Shown: positions 29,314 to 39,568, numbered from the stretch's first letter. The stretch: 53,702 bases of DNA from an uncultured Clostridia bacterium (GCA_905235205.1 CAJOKM010000003.1:1-53702); one strand, 5' to 3'. Numbers and translations are program-made. Notes: generated by a model not told the origin, from the sequence alone.

Positions 29314-29972
29314 GTGGTTGGGATGTCGAGGCGATACCCGATCTTATGGACGGTCTTGATGCGGTCCTGCCAGCCGAGCTTGCGGCGGAGCCGCTGTACA
29401 TGACTGTCCAGCGTGCGCGTTTCGCCGATGTAATCGGTTTCCCATACGCGCTCAAACAGCGCTTCGCGGAACAGCGCGGTGTTGGGGTTCTGCGCAAACA
29501 GCACCAGAAGGTCGAACTCTTTGCGGGTCAGTTCCACGCGCTCGCCGTTTTGAATGACTTCGCGCGCGTCGAGATCGATGAGAACGTCGTACACCTGCAA
29601 GAGCCCCTGGCTCTTGTTGTAGCGGCGCAGCACCACTTCGATGCGAGCAATCAGCTCCACGATCTCAAACGGTTTTACGATGTAGTCCTCCGCGCCGAGC
29701 TTCAGACCTTTGACGCGGTCGTTTACGTCGCTCTTCGCGGTGAGGAAGATCACGGGGATGCCCATCGGGCGGATATAGGCGAGCAGATCGTAGCCGTCGA
29801 ACTTCGGCAGCATGATGTCCAAAAGCACCAGATCGAACGTGTTCTTTTCGAGAAGATCCGCCGCCTGCTGACCGTCGTACGCGCAGGTGCATACATACCC
29901 CTGCCGCGTCAGATTCATACGGATCAGATTTGCGATCGGCTGCTCGTCGTCAACGATCAGTATTTTAATCAT
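29310..29972 (-). CDS. OmpR-family response regulator
   Basis: IVDDE, LLDIMLP, KPF; winged helix LTRKEFDLL...TVHKIGY. Confidence 0.95.
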   Translation of the reverse strand: MIKILIVDDEQPIANLIRMNLTRQGYVCTCAYDGQQAADLLEKNTFDLVLLDIMLPKFDGYDLLAYIRPMGIPVIFLTAKSDVNDRVKGLKLGAEDYIVKPFEIVELIARIEVVLRRYNKSQGLLQVYDVLIDLDAREVIQNGERVELTRKEFDLLVLFAQNPNTALFREALFERVWETDYIGETRTLDSHVQRLRRKLGWQDRIKTVHKIGYRLDIPTT

Positions 29973-30047
29973 AATACCCTTCCTCCGGTTCCTTTATTTG
30001 GAAGAAATGATAGCATACGGATGCGGACGAAATGTAACAGGATTGTT

Positions 30048-31181
30048 TCAATCCGCGGTTTTTTTCGGCTTTTTCCGGAACATGCGCTTCGGGCGTTGAT
30101 ACGGCGGCGGATCGGTCGGTTCGCGCCGCACCGGGAACAGATGCGTCACGCCGGAGACCTCCAGCTGCACCAGGACCGCGCAGGTGATCGGCAGCGTAAA
30201 GAGCCCCAGCCCGCCGAACAGCTTGAGTCCCACATACATCGCCAGCAGCGTGATCAGCGGATGCAGTCCCACGCGCTCGCCGACGATCTTCGGCTCGATA
30301 AACTGCCGCGCGATCACGACCACGAGGTAGACGATGAACAGAATGACGCCCTGCTGATAATTGCCGCGCAGCAGCGTGATGATCGACCACGGCAGCATGA
30401 TCATGCTGGAACCGAGGATCGGCAGAATATCGAAGACCGCGATGCCGAGCGCGATCAGGGCAAAGTGCTTGACGCCGGCGCAGAGCAGACCTACGGTGAG
30501 CTCCGCAAACGTAATGAGAAAGATCAGCGAGTAGGCGCGCAGATACTGTCCGATGGTCTGCCTGAGCGACCGGAACGCCGCGGACGATTTTTCATAGAGC
30601 GATTCGGACATGCGCGAGGTCACCGCGCGGCGGATGTTGTCATAATCGAGCGCGAAGAAGTAGGTCGCGCCGACCGAGAGAATAACCTTGACCACAAAGC
30701 CCGGCACGTTTTTCACAAGATCGGTCACGACAGCCGTGGACAGCGCGACGACCTTCGGCTGCAGCGTGGCGATCAGCGAGTCCTTGATGGAGTACAGCCA
30801 CGTCATCAGCGTCGAGTCGTTGCCGTGCATCAGGTTGTCGATCTTATCGAGCAGCGCGTTGACGTCGGGCACGAAGCGCGTATTGAACCAGTCGACCGCG
30901 TTGGATGCGGATTGATAAAGCCAGCGTCCCGCAAGCAGCAGCAGACCCGCGACGATCAGATAGACCACCGTCACCAGGACCGCCGCCGTGAGTTTCTTAT
31001 GGAAGCGCAGTTTGCGATGCAGGAACCCGACTGCCGGCAGCACGATCGCGGAGATCAGCAGCGAGAACAGAAACGGCAGCAGCAGCGGGATCAGATATTT
31101 GTACAGCACAAAGAGGACCGCGGCAAGCAGCACGGCGATCAGCAGAATGCGCAGATAGTATTGTACCTTTTCGTTTTTCAT
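30048..31181 (-). CDS. ytvI: Sporulation integral membrane protein YtvI (AI-2E family)
   Basis: LLPFLFS, FDILPILG...LPW and RQFIEPKIVG..VGLHP motifs; start placed at ATG 31181. Confidence 0.85.
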   Translation of the reverse strand: MKNEKVQYYLRILLIAVLLAAVLFVLYKYLIPLLLPFLFSLLISAIVLPAVGFLHRKLRFHKKLTAAVLVTVVYLIVAGLLLLAGRWLYQSASNAVDWFNTRFVPDVNALLDKIDNLMHGNDSTLMTWLYSIKDSLIATLQPKVVALSTAVVTDLVKNVPGFVVKVILSVGATYFFALDYDNIRRAVTSRMSESLYEKSSAAFRSLRQTIGQYLRAYSLIFLITFAELTVGLLCAGVKHFALIALGIAVFDILPILGSSMIMLPWSIITLLRGNYQQGVILFIVYLVVVIARQFIEPKIVGERVGLHPLITLLAMYVGLKLFGGLGLFTLPITCAVLVQLEVSGVTHLFPVRREPTDPPPYQRPKRMFRKKPKKTAD

Positions 31182-31278
31182 TGAACCCAGTATATCACAG
31201 CCGTGCGATCCCGTCAAAACATTCTTCTCGACAAAGTTTGGGTTGCAGGATCGCAAAAACCGCGTATAATATGAAACT

Positions 31279-33174
31279 ATGAACTGGTATTATCATTCCC
31301 GGGATCCGCGATACAAATCCCCGTTCGGCGCAGTGAAATGCGGCGAAGCGGTACAGATCCGGCTCGACGGCGAAGCGGATGCACTGCCGCTGCTTGTGCT
31401 GTTTGAGCCCGACGGCGAACGCCGCGTTCCCATGACGTGGGACGGCGAAAGCTGGCGCGCGTCGTTTTTTGCGCCGGATACGCCGTGCCGCATGGGCTAC
31501 TGTTTTGCGATCGGCGGACGGTACTTCGGCGCGGACAGCGGCGAAGCGCGCTTTTCCGACGCGCCCGCGCCGTTCGGACTGACCGTTTACGACGGCGCGT
31601 TTGAAACGCCGGACTGGTTCCGCCGCGGCGTGTGCTACCAGATTTTTCCGGACCGCTTTTTCTGCTCGGACCGCGAACGGTTTTTGCGCGCGGCGGACGC
31701 ATACCGCACGGCGGGCCGGGAGCTCTATGTGCATGAGAACTGGGACGAGGAGCCGCTGTATCTGCCGCACGGCGGCGCGGCGCACTACGCGCCGGACGAT
31801 TATTTCGGCGGCGATCTGAACGGTATTACGGAAAAGCTTTCGTACCTTCAGTCGCTCGGGATCACCTGCCTGTACGTAAACCCAATCTTTGCGGCGCACT
31901 CGAATCACCGCTACAACACGGCGGACTATCATTCGATCGACCCGCTGCTCGGCACAAACGAGGACTTCGCGGCGCTCTGCGCGGCGGCGAAAGCGCACGG
32001 CATCCGCGTCATTTTAGACGGCGTGTTTTCGCATACCGGCGACGACAGCATCTACTTCGACCGCTACGGGCGCTACGGCAGCGGCGCCTGCCAAAGCAAG
32101 GCGTCCCCGTACTATCCGTGGTACCGGTTTTACGACTATCCGAACCGGTATGAGTGCTGGTGGAATTTCGAAACGCTTCCGAACGTGGAGGAGACCGAGC
32201 CGAGCTACAGCGCGTTCATACAGGGCGAGGGCGGCGTGCTGAAATCGTGGCTTTCCATGGGCGCGTCCGGCTGGCGGCTCGACGTTGCGGACGAGCTGCC
32301 AGATTCGTTCATCCGCGGCGTGCGCAGTTCGATCAAAAAGACCGATCCCGACGCGCTTCTGATCGGCGAGGTCTGGGACGACTGCGCGACCAAGTCCGGC
32401 CCCGAGGGCCGGCGCGGCTATGTGAACGGCGACGAGCTGGACGGCGCGATGAACTATCCGCTGCGCGAGGCGCTGATCGACTTTTTGAACGGACGGACCG
32501 ACGCGTACGCCTGCGCGGACGCGTTGAACCGCCTGCTTGAGAACTACCCGAAGCCGTTTTACGACGCGTGCTTAAACCTTCTGGGTTCGCACGACACGGA
32601 GCGCATCCGTACCGCGCTGACCGGCATTCCCGATGCGCGCACGCTTACGCGGGACGAGCAGCTGAAACACCGCCCCGATGCGGCGACGCTCGAACGCGCG
32701 AAACGGAGGGTTCTGTGCGGCACGGCGCTTCTGACGGCGCTGCCCGGCGTTCCGTGCATCTATTACGGCGACGAGGTCGGCATGACGGGCATGTGCGATC
32801 CGTTAAACCGCGGCACGTTCCCGTGGGGAAGGGTAGATGCGGCGTTTTTAGAACAGATGCGCGCATGCATTGCAATGCGCAGGGAAAGCGAAGCGCTCCA
32901 AACGGGCGGCGTGCGTATCGCTGCAGTCGGCTGCCGAACGCTTGCCGTGATCCGCGATTCGCAAACCGAAACGCGGATCCTGCTGGTCAATTCGGATGAC
33001 AAACCCGTACGCGCCGTGCTCTATCCCGCGCTGTTTTGCGAGGGACCGGACGCCACAAAACCGCTTGCGTTTGCGGGCGCGTACCGCGCAGAGGACGGGA
33101 TGCGGATCGAAGCGCATGCGTCGCTGTCGGTCACGGTACCCGGTACGGGATTCAAACTGCTCAAAAAAGCGTAA
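31279..33174 (+). CDS. Cytoplasmic GH13 alpha-glycosidase (neopullulanase/cyclomaltodextrinase/amylopullulanase-like)
   Basis: YQIFPDRF, GGDL.GI, DGVFSH, GWRLDVADE, GEVW, SHDTER and IYYGDE motifs; no signal peptide. Confidence 0.9.
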   Translation: MNWYYHSRDPRYKSPFGAVKCGEAVQIRLDGEADALPLLVLFEPDGERRVPMTWDGESWRASFFAPDTPCRMGYCFAIGGRYFGADSGEARFSDAPAPFGLTVYDGAFETPDWFRRGVCYQIFPDRFFCSDRERFLRAADAYRTAGRELYVHENWDEEPLYLPHGGAAHYAPDDYFGGDLNGITEKLSYLQSLGITCLYVNPIFAAHSNHRYNTADYHSIDPLLGTNEDFAALCAAAKAHGIRVILDGVFSHTGDDSIYFDRYGRYGSGACQSKASPYYPWYRFYDYPNRYECWWNFETLPNVEETEPSYSAFIQGEGGVLKSWLSMGASGWRLDVADELPDSFIRGVRSSIKKTDPDALLIGEVWDDCATKSGPEGRRGYVNGDELDGAMNYPLREALIDFLNGRTDAYACADALNRLLENYPKPFYDACLNLLGSHDTERIRTALTGIPDARTLTRDEQLKHRPDAATLERAKRRVLCGTALLTALPGVPCIYYGDEVGMTGMCDPLNRGTFPWGRVDAAFLEQMRACIAMRRESEALQTGGVRIAAVGCRTLAVIRDSQTETRILLVNSDDKPVRAVLYPALFCEGPDATKPLAFAGAYRAEDGMRIEAHASLSVTVPGTGFKLLKKA

Positions 33175-33264
33175 GCGTCACCAAAATATCACAAATCGCT
33201 TGTTGAAATGCGCGGGCTTGTGCGGTATACTAAGTTCACGAATTGAAACAAAGGAGCAAAGACC

Positions 33265-33471
33265 ATGATCACAAAGGATATGAACATTCGCAAAATCATC
33301 GAAGTGGACGAGGACCTCGCGGGCGTGCTGATCGCCAGCGGCATGCATTGCCTCGGCTGCGCGATGTCGCACTTTGAGAACCTCGAAGAGGCGTGCGCCG
33401 TCCACGGTATCGACGCGGACGAGCTGTGCAACCGCTTAAACGAGTTCCTTGAGAACAAGAACAACAAGTAA
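33265..33471 (+). CDS. DUF1858 domain small protein
   Basis: ITKDMNI...GMHCLGC...ENLEEACAVHGID pattern; SD AAGGAG. Confidence 0.85.
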   Translation: MITKDMNIRKIIEVDEDLAGVLIASGMHCLGCAMSHFENLEEACAVHGIDADELCNRLNEFLENKNNK

Positions 33472-33518
33472 TTGCAACAGGAACCGCCCTGCCGAACCCG
33501 GCGGGGCATTTTTGAACC

Positions 33519-34334
33519 ATGACAAACCGTATTCGACTGGAATCGATCGACGAAAGCGCGCTTGACGTCTACGCGCGGCTGACCGAGGCGCAGCTTCGGA
33601 ATCGCCTGGAACCCGAAAAGGGCGTGTTTATCGCGGAAAGTCCCAAGGTCATCCGGCTTGCGCTCGACGCGGGGTATGAGCCGGTGTCCTTTCTTATGGA
33701 GCAAAAGCACATCGAAGGCGACGCAAAGGAACTGCTTGTGCGTTGTCCCGACGTGCCGGTCTATACCGGCGAACGCGAGCTGCTTGCATCGCTGACCGGC
33801 TATGCGCTCACGCGCGGCGTGCTGTGCGCGATGCGAAGAAAACCGATGGCAGCGCCGGAAGCGATCCTAAACGGCGCGCGTCTTATTGCCGTGCTCGAAG
33901 GCATTACCGACGCAACCAACCTCGGCGCGATCGTAAGAAGCGCCGCCGCTTTAAACGTTGACGCGATCCTGCTTTCGCCCGACTGCTGCGATCCGCTGAA
34001 CCGCCGCGCCGTGCGGGTGAGCATGGGCACGGTCTTTCAGGTGCCGTGGACGGTGCTGCCCGATCCGATCGACGCAAGCGTGAAGCGCCTGCGCACGCTC
34101 GGCTTTTCGACCGCTGCGATGGCGCTGTCGGACGAGTCCGTTTCGCTTGCCGATCCCGCGCTGAAAGCATGCGAAAAGCTTGCCGTGGTGCTCGGCACCG
34201 AGGGCGACGGGCTAAGGCCCGCATCGATCGCCGCCTGCGATTACACGGTGCGCATTCCGATGGGACACGGCGTGGACTCCTTGAACGTCGCCGCTGCCGC
34301 CGCCGTCGCGTTCTGGGAACTGCGTCGATCATAA
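33519..34334 (+). CDS. TrmH/SpoU family RNA methyltransferase
   Basis: NLGAIVRSA, LGTEGDGL and IPM..GVDSLNVA SPOUT motifs. Confidence 0.92.
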   Translation: MTNRIRLESIDESALDVYARLTEAQLRNRLEPEKGVFIAESPKVIRLALDAGYEPVSFLMEQKHIEGDAKELLVRCPDVPVYTGERELLASLTGYALTRGVLCAMRRKPMAAPEAILNGARLIAVLEGITDATNLGAIVRSAAALNVDAILLSPDCCDPLNRRAVRVSMGTVFQVPWTVLPDPIDASVKRLRTLGFSTAAMALSDESVSLADPALKACEKLAVVLGTEGDGLRPASIAACDYTVRIPMGHGVDSLNVAAAAAVAFWELRRS

Positions 34335-34344
34335 CGACGATGTC

Positions 34345-34368
34345 AAAAGACCCACGCGGGTCTTTTTT
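34345..34368. terminator. Bidirectional terminator
   Basis: aaaagaccc-acgc-gggtctttt between convergent genes. Confidence 0.7.
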
Positions 34369-34384
34369 CATTTCGGAAGAGGCC

Positions 34385-35644
34385 TTAGCTTTCCGCCTGA
34401 TCCGGCGTATCTTGTCCATCGGCGACCTGCTCGAAGATCGGACGGATCTGTTTGCGTCCGCCCCAGATCAAAATCCAGCAGGCGAGCATGGCGAACGCGC
34501 CGCAGATCGTGACGCAGAGCCGGTAATCAAGCCACTCGCCGAGCGCGCCGACTGCGAGGACCAGTATGCTTCCGGCAGCGGTGTACAGCATCCCGTCGAA
34601 CGCGTTGACGCGGGCGCGCAGGTGTTCCGGCAGATACCGCTGCACGGCGGCGTTTCGCAGGATCGCGCTGTTGTTGCCCAAAAAACCGCAAAGCGCGCGG
34701 TTTATAAGCATCAGCGGATACGGAAGCCACAGCAGGATCATATCCATCGTCTCATAGATTTGATAGATGGAAAAGATGACGCCGAACTTCTTTTTCGGGG
34801 GGATTTTGACGCGGTACTGCACCGCGCTGCCGACCGTGCGCCCTAAAAACTCCGCGACCGAGAACAACGCGTACATCGTCGCCGTCAGGCCCGGCATGGT
34901 GCGGAAGAAGGCGACCATGATCGGCGCATAGCCGTTCGCAACGCCGTTGGTGAGCGCCATGTAACCGTAGATGCGCAACAATCCGCGCTCGTTTTTGAGA
35001 TATGCCGCCGCCTCCTTAATGTCGCCGGTCCATTCGCGAAGCCCGTACCGTTCGAGCCGGATCGGTTTGCGTTCCGTTTGGATAAAGCTTTCGGTCAGCG
35101 CCGCAAGAAGCGACAGCACACCCTGTGCAATCAGCAGCAGCGAAACGCCGAGCGTGTCCAGAAGGATCGCGCCGAGCGGCATCATGATCACCTTCAGGAT
35201 CGGATAGAGCATCGCGGAAACCGCGTAGCCCTTCTGTTCGAATCCGTTCGGGATCAGATCGGGATAGATGCTCGTATAGGCAAGCTCGTCGATCGAACCG
35301 AGACATGCGAGCAGCAGCGAAAGACCGAGGTAGCCGACGTAGGAAAACGGAAAGAAGATCAGCCACACGCCCATGCCGGCGTACAGAACGCCGTTTATGA
35401 CGTCGCCGAGCACGAGGAACAGCTTGCGAGGCAGACGGTCCATCAGCGGTGCGACGAACAGCGGCAGAATCACGTACGGTATAAGCTGGATCGCCACGAT
35501 CAGCGCGGAAGCGAGCGTGCTCTGCGTTTCATCGAAGACCAGAAAGGACAGCGCAAATCCGCCCGCGATCGCACCGGCCGCGCCGAGCGTCGACGCAGTT
35601 GTGACCAGAATATAGTTGCGTGTCCACAGCGTTTTCTTTTCCAT
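34385..35644 (-). CDS. MFS transporter (macrolide-efflux/H+ antiporter-like)
   Basis: Multiple TM segments; PLMDRLPRK motif A; YLPEHLRARV; GGAGG SD before MEKKTL. Confidence 0.88.
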   Translation of the reverse strand: MEKKTLWTRNYILVTTASTLGAAGAIAGGFALSFLVFDETQSTLASALIVAIQLIPYVILPLFVAPLMDRLPRKLFLVLGDVINGVLYAGMGVWLIFFPFSYVGYLGLSLLLACLGSIDELAYTSIYPDLIPNGFEQKGYAVSAMLYPILKVIMMPLGAILLDTLGVSLLLIAQGVLSLLAALTESFIQTERKPIRLERYGLREWTGDIKEAAAYLKNERGLLRIYGYMALTNGVANGYAPIMVAFFRTMPGLTATMYALFSVAEFLGRTVGSAVQYRVKIPPKKKFGVIFSIYQIYETMDMILLWLPYPLMLINRALCGFLGNNSAILRNAAVQRYLPEHLRARVNAFDGMLYTAAGSILVLAVGALGEWLDYRLCVTICGAFAMLACWILIWGGRKQIRPIFEQVADGQDTPDQAES

Positions 35645-35693
35645 GCTCTTTTCCCTCCACTTTGATTGTATCAAACGCGTTAAGAAAAGAAAA

Positions 35694-35720
35694 TACGGCA
35701 TATTTGGGAAATATGCCGTA
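35694..35720. promoter_or_regulatory. Perfect 12-bp inverted repeat: terminator and/or operator upstream of the MFS promoter
   Basis: tacggcatattt-ggg-aaatatgccgta; extended -10 TGaTACAAT on the minus strand at 35673-35665. Confidence 0.55.
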
Positions 35721-35742
35721 TAAAAAACGCTGTAAAAGATGT

Positions 35743-36870
35743 TTAAGAGTGAATCTCAGGAAAATCCGAAAGAAGGTCGAGCGCCTTCTTATATTGGCGC
35801 GTTGCGCGGTACCATTCGAGCACCCAGGGCAGATGAAATACGGCATAGCCGGCTGGCAGTTCCTTGCGACAGCGTTCGAAGCAATGCAGCAGCAGTTCGC
35901 CGTATGCAGCATGCGCAAGATAATCCGGATGCAGAAGACGATATCGCACCGTATCGCAAAACAGACGCACGGTCTCGGTCGGCGGATAATCGGAGGCTGC
36001 GGCGTCGGCGCGATCGAGTGCGGCGAGCGCTTCTTCCGTCCGGCCCGTTTTTTCGCAGCAGATCGCGAGCTTGTGCAGCGCCAGCATGGAAGGGGAATTG
36101 AGCGACGAAAAATAAGCGTATGCGCGTTCGCAGTCGCCGGATTCGATATAGGACGAGGCGATGTTATAATCGATCGTGGAAACCACGTCCGTTTCCGAGA
36201 CAGCAACGGCAAGCCGCCGTGCCGCGTCGTATTCCGCAAGCATTTGAGGAAGCTCGCCGAGATCGCTCATACAGTTTCCGATTCGCGCCTTGCATTCCAT
36301 CATCAGACGCGCCGCGCCGCATTCTGCGGCAAGCTCATAGCCCGTGCGCAGATGTGCCAGCGCGTTTTGATACCGTCCGCTTTCATATGCATTCTTTCCG
36401 GCGCAGAAATGAAAATACGCGTTCGGGTGCAGGCGGATCGCTTCTTCATAGTTGTCTTCCAATGCGCGGTACAGGGCAAGCGCACGAGTATCCATGCAGG
36501 GGACGAGTGCGGCGTCGGGAAGAGGCGAGAGTCCCGCCACACAGGCGAGCAACAGAACGTGCAGTCCGGATGCTGTTGTCTCGAAGCGACGATAATCGGT
36601 TTTGAACAGCTCGAAAAAGGCGGCAAAGTCGCCGGAAAACAGCGACTCGTACGCGTCGCGAACGAATTGCGCGGCGTCGGCGTCGACAGATGCGTTTCGC
36701 GCGATGCCGAGACGCAATAACAGCGCGTCAAGAACCTCGGCGGACGGCTCGGCCTTGCCCTGCTCGATCTTTGAAAGATAGGAGACCGTGCAGATCCCCT
36801 TTGAGAGTCCTGCCTGGCTCCAGTTTTTTTCCAGCCGCTTTCGGCGGATCAACGCTCCGAGATACTGCAT
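35743..36870 (-). CDS. XRE-HTH plus TPR transcriptional regulator (RRNPP-like architecture)
   Basis: WSQAGLSKGICTVSYLSKIEQGKAEPS N-terminus as in NprR/PlcR-type HTHs; helical TPR-like C-terminus. Confidence 0.82.
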   Translation of the reverse strand: MQYLGALIRRKRLEKNWSQAGLSKGICTVSYLSKIEQGKAEPSAEVLDALLLRLGIARNASVDADAAQFVRDAYESLFSGDFAAFFELFKTDYRRFETTASGLHVLLLACVAGLSPLPDAALVPCMDTRALALYRALEDNYEEAIRLHPNAYFHFCAGKNAYESGRYQNALAHLRTGYELAAECGAARLMMECKARIGNCMSDLGELPQMLAEYDAARRLAVAVSETDVVSTIDYNIASSYIESGDCERAYAYFSSLNSPSMLALHKLAICCEKTGRTEEALAALDRADAAASDYPPTETVRLFCDTVRYRLLHPDYLAHAAYGELLLHCFERCRKELPAGYAVFHLPWVLEWYRATRQYKKALDLLSDFPEIHS

Positions 36871-36897
36871 GGGTCCTCCGATACCAACCCGTTTCGG

Positions 36898-37773
36898 TTA
36901 TTGCTTCGGTTGTGCGCTCACGACGCTGACGTGCGGATACGGGATATCGATGCCGTTTGCGAGCAGCGCCTCGCGCACGCGCGTCTGGATATCGTCGATC
37001 AGCCGCTCCGTCGGGGTTGTCCGCTCGTAGTACACTGTCGTCGTCATGACGAGCGCGCTGTCGTCCAGCGCGATGAAAAACACGTCGCCGTAGGCGGGCA
37101 TTCCGTCCGCATCGGTCTTGCCGGGGACCGCATACGCGCTGTCTTTGATCGCCTGACGGATGACATCCTTTGCTCTCGCCACGTCGCTGTCGTAGCCGAT
37201 CGGAAAACTGAACTTGACGGAGCGGGCGATCTGATGAAAGCTGTAATTGGTCAGCGACTGGCTGTTTACCTTGCTGTTGGGCACGATGTAACGCAGCGTG
37301 TCGATCCCGCGCAGCACGACGTGGCGGTTGGTGATGTCCTCCACGATGCCGATCGTGCCGTCCGAGAGCTCGATGCGGTCGCCGATCTCGAACGGCTTCT
37401 GTACGCTGATCATCAGACCTGCGAGGATGTCCTTGATGACGTCCTGCGCCGCGAACGCGATGACCGCCGAAACGACCGCCGTGCCGCCGAGCATGGTCTT
37501 CCAGACCGACGCGTTGCTGTCGAGCGCGGAGATCGCAAGAATCAGAACGCCGACAACGATGATCACTTTGTTCATCCGCTCGAAGAATACCAGATGAATG
37601 CCGCGCTGTTTTCGGTTCAACGCCTGAAAGACCTTGCGGTTTGCAAACACCAGCAGCCAGATGATGAGCCCCGCGGCGACGATCGTGACGCCGACCCAGA
37701 AAAGTTTCTGCCAAAACTCGTCGTTAATCCAGGAGAACCTGTCCAAGAACCCCTCTTTACAATAGATTTGCAT
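36898..37773 (-). CDS. MscS family mechanosensitive channel
   Basis: AFAAQDVIKDILAG, KPFEIGDRI and IVPNS motifs; the start may instead be TTG 37746. Confidence 0.9.
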   Translation of the reverse strand: MQIYCKEGFLDRFSWINDEFWQKLFWVGVTIVAAGLIIWLLVFANRKVFQALNRKQRGIHLVFFERMNKVIIVVGVLILAISALDSNASVWKTMLGGTAVVSAVIAFAAQDVIKDILAGLMISVQKPFEIGDRIELSDGTIGIVEDITNRHVVLRGIDTLRYIVPNSKVNSQSLTNYSFHQIARSVKFSFPIGYDSDVARAKDVIRQAIKDSAYAVPGKTDADGMPAYGDVFFIALDDSALVMTTTVYYERTTPTERLIDDIQTRVREALLANGIDIPYPHVSVVSAQPKQ

Positions 37774-37823
37774 ACTCCCCTGCGGGACCTGCCCGCATCC
37801 CTTTCACAAAATGGTGTTTCGGA

Positions 37824-38651
37824 TCAACCTTCAGGGCGTCGGGAACCTTTCAGTTCCAGCGCTCTTCGATAAGTTTCTTTCTTGGAAAGACCCGATCGTT
37901 CTGCGGCGATCGCCGCGGCGTCCTTCAGCGATTCGGTTTTCAGAAGCTCGAAAAGAAGCTCGTCAAGATCGGGCGCGGGATTTTCCGCCTTCCGTCCGGG
38001 AACGAACGCGATCACGCATTCGCCCTTCGGCTCCTCCGAAAACCGCTCGATCAGTTCCGACAGCGTGCCGCGCACGACGGTCTCGAACTTTTTGGTAAGC
38101 TCGCGGAGCACCGCCGCCGGCCCGTCGCCGAAGCGGTCCAAGAGGTCTTTCAGCGTCGCCTGCACGCGGTGCGGACTTTCGTAGAGGATCACCTGATGGC
38201 GGATCGGCGCGATCGCGTCGAGCGCTTCCCGGCGCGGCTTTGCTTCGCGCGGAAGAAACCCGACGAACGTAAACGGCTGCGCGGGCAGTCCCGACAGCAC
38301 GGCGGACATCAGAACGGCGCTTGCGCCGGGGATCACGGTGCAGGGCAGACCTTGCTTTGCGCATGCGTCCACGAGCATTGCGCCGGGATCGGACACGCCG
38401 GGCATGCCCGCGTCGGACACGTAAGCGACGGTCTTTCCCTCTTTGAGCGCGGCGATCACCTCTTCGGTACGCTCGCGCTCGTTGTGCGTGTGCAGCGAGC
38501 GCGTCGGTTTTTTGATCCCGAAATGCTGAAGCAGGATACCCGTGTGCCGGGTATCCTCACAGTAGATCACGTCGGCGGCTTCAAGCGTTTCGACCGCGCG
38601 CGGCGACAGATCGCCGAGATTGCCGATGGGCGTTGCGACAAGGTACAGCAT
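37824..38651 (-). CDS. rsmI: 16S rRNA (cytidine1402-2'-O)-methyltransferase
   Basis: MLYLVATPIGNLGD, CEDTR, SDAGMPGVSDPG, YESPHR and RELTK motifs; TGATG overlap with the upstream gene. Confidence 0.95.
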   Translation of the reverse strand: MLYLVATPIGNLGDLSPRAVETLEAADVIYCEDTRHTGILLQHFGIKKPTRSLHTHNERERTEEVIAALKEGKTVAYVSDAGMPGVSDPGAMLVDACAKQGLPCTVIPGASAVLMSAVLSGLPAQPFTFVGFLPREAKPRREALDAIAPIRHQVILYESPHRVQATLKDLLDRFGDGPAAVLRELTKKFETVVRGTLSELIERFSEEPKGECVIAFVPGRKAENPAPDLDELLFELLKTESLKDAAAIAAERSGLSKKETYRRALELKGSRRPEG

Positions 38652-39568
38652 CAGCGGAGCCTCGTGCGCAGGTTTTCCCCGCGCAGCAGTACGATCGCGG
38701 TCAGCGCGCCGTCGATCATGCGGCTTGCCACGCGCTCGCCGTAGCGTTCGAACAGGCCTTCGCGGTCGAGATTGCTGATGAGCACGGTCGGACGCTGCGC
38801 CGCGCCGCGCTCGTTGAGAATGCGGAAAAGCGATTCGATCGTGACGTTGGGGATCATCGGCTCGGTGCCGAGATCGTCCAGCACCAGAAGCGGCGCCGAA
38901 AGGTACGGCAGGATTGTTTCGCTGTGTGAGTCGAGCCCGTCCAGGATCGACTGGATGCACTGGTATGCGGTTGCCTTGACGGCGTACACGCCGTTTTCGA
39001 TCGCGGCGTAGGCGATCGCGTTGCCGAAGAACGACTTGCCGAGTCCCGACTGTCCGAGGATCAGAAGATTCGGCTTCTCGGGCGCGGGCAGCGCCGCCGC
39101 GTAGCGTTCGGAGAAGCGGCGCATGGCAAGCGCCTGTTTTTTCTGTTCGTCGGTCGGATACAGCGATTCGTCGAAGGTTTTGAACGTTTCGCGCTCGTTG
39201 ATGCGCGAACCGAAAAGCTGCAGCTCCTGCTGCTTTTTCAGCGCGCACGAACAAAGCCGTCCGCCGTCCTCGCCGAGCATGCCGGTGTCGTGACACTTCG
39301 GGCAGGTATAGATCGGTTCGAGGTAGTCGGCGGGAAAATCAAGGGAGATCAAAAGCGTCTGCCGCTCCGCGCTGATCGCGGCGATGCGGGATTTGGCGGC
39401 GGCGACGCTCAATTTCCCCGCGCCGTACTGCTGCATGACAAGCCCGCGCTCGTCGGAAAGGGAGCGGAATCGCGGACTCTTTTGATCGCACAGCGCGATG
39501 CGTTTCTCCAAAAGCGCGCGGTTTTTATCGCGCAGGTCGCTGTAATAGCGTTTCAGTTCGTTCGTCAT
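38651..39568 (-). CDS. DnaC/DnaI-like AAA+ helicase loader ATPase
   Basis: CPKCHDTG...CSC zinc site; GQSGLGKS; LLVLDDLGTE; ISNL; RVASR. Confidence 0.88.
   Translation of the reverse strand: MTNELKRYYSDLRDKNRALLEKRIALCDQKSPRFRSLSDERGLVMQQYGAGKLSVAAAKSRIAAISAERQTLLISLDFPADYLEPIYTCPKCHDTGMLGEDGGRLCSCALKKQQELQLFGSRINERETFKTFDESLYPTDEQKKQALAMRRFSERYAAALPAPEKPNLLILGQSGLGKSFFGNAIAYAAIENGVYAVKATAYQCIQSILDGLDSHSETILPYLSAPLLVLDDLGTEPMIPNVTIESLFRILNERGAAQRPTVLISNLDREGLFERYGERVASRMIDGALTAIVLLRGENLRTRLR

Noticed and set aside
31204-31255. tgcgatcc...ggatcgca as a starch-regulon operator shared with tgcgctcc...ggagcgca at 17338-17359
   Set aside because: Arm spacing is very different (36 versus 6 nt), and 8-bp GC-rich arms arise easily by chance
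38652-39296. N-terminal extension of RsmI in the 490-aa ORF call
   Set aside because: It overlaps the DnaC-like gene in another frame; RsmI homology starts at MLYLVATP (38651)
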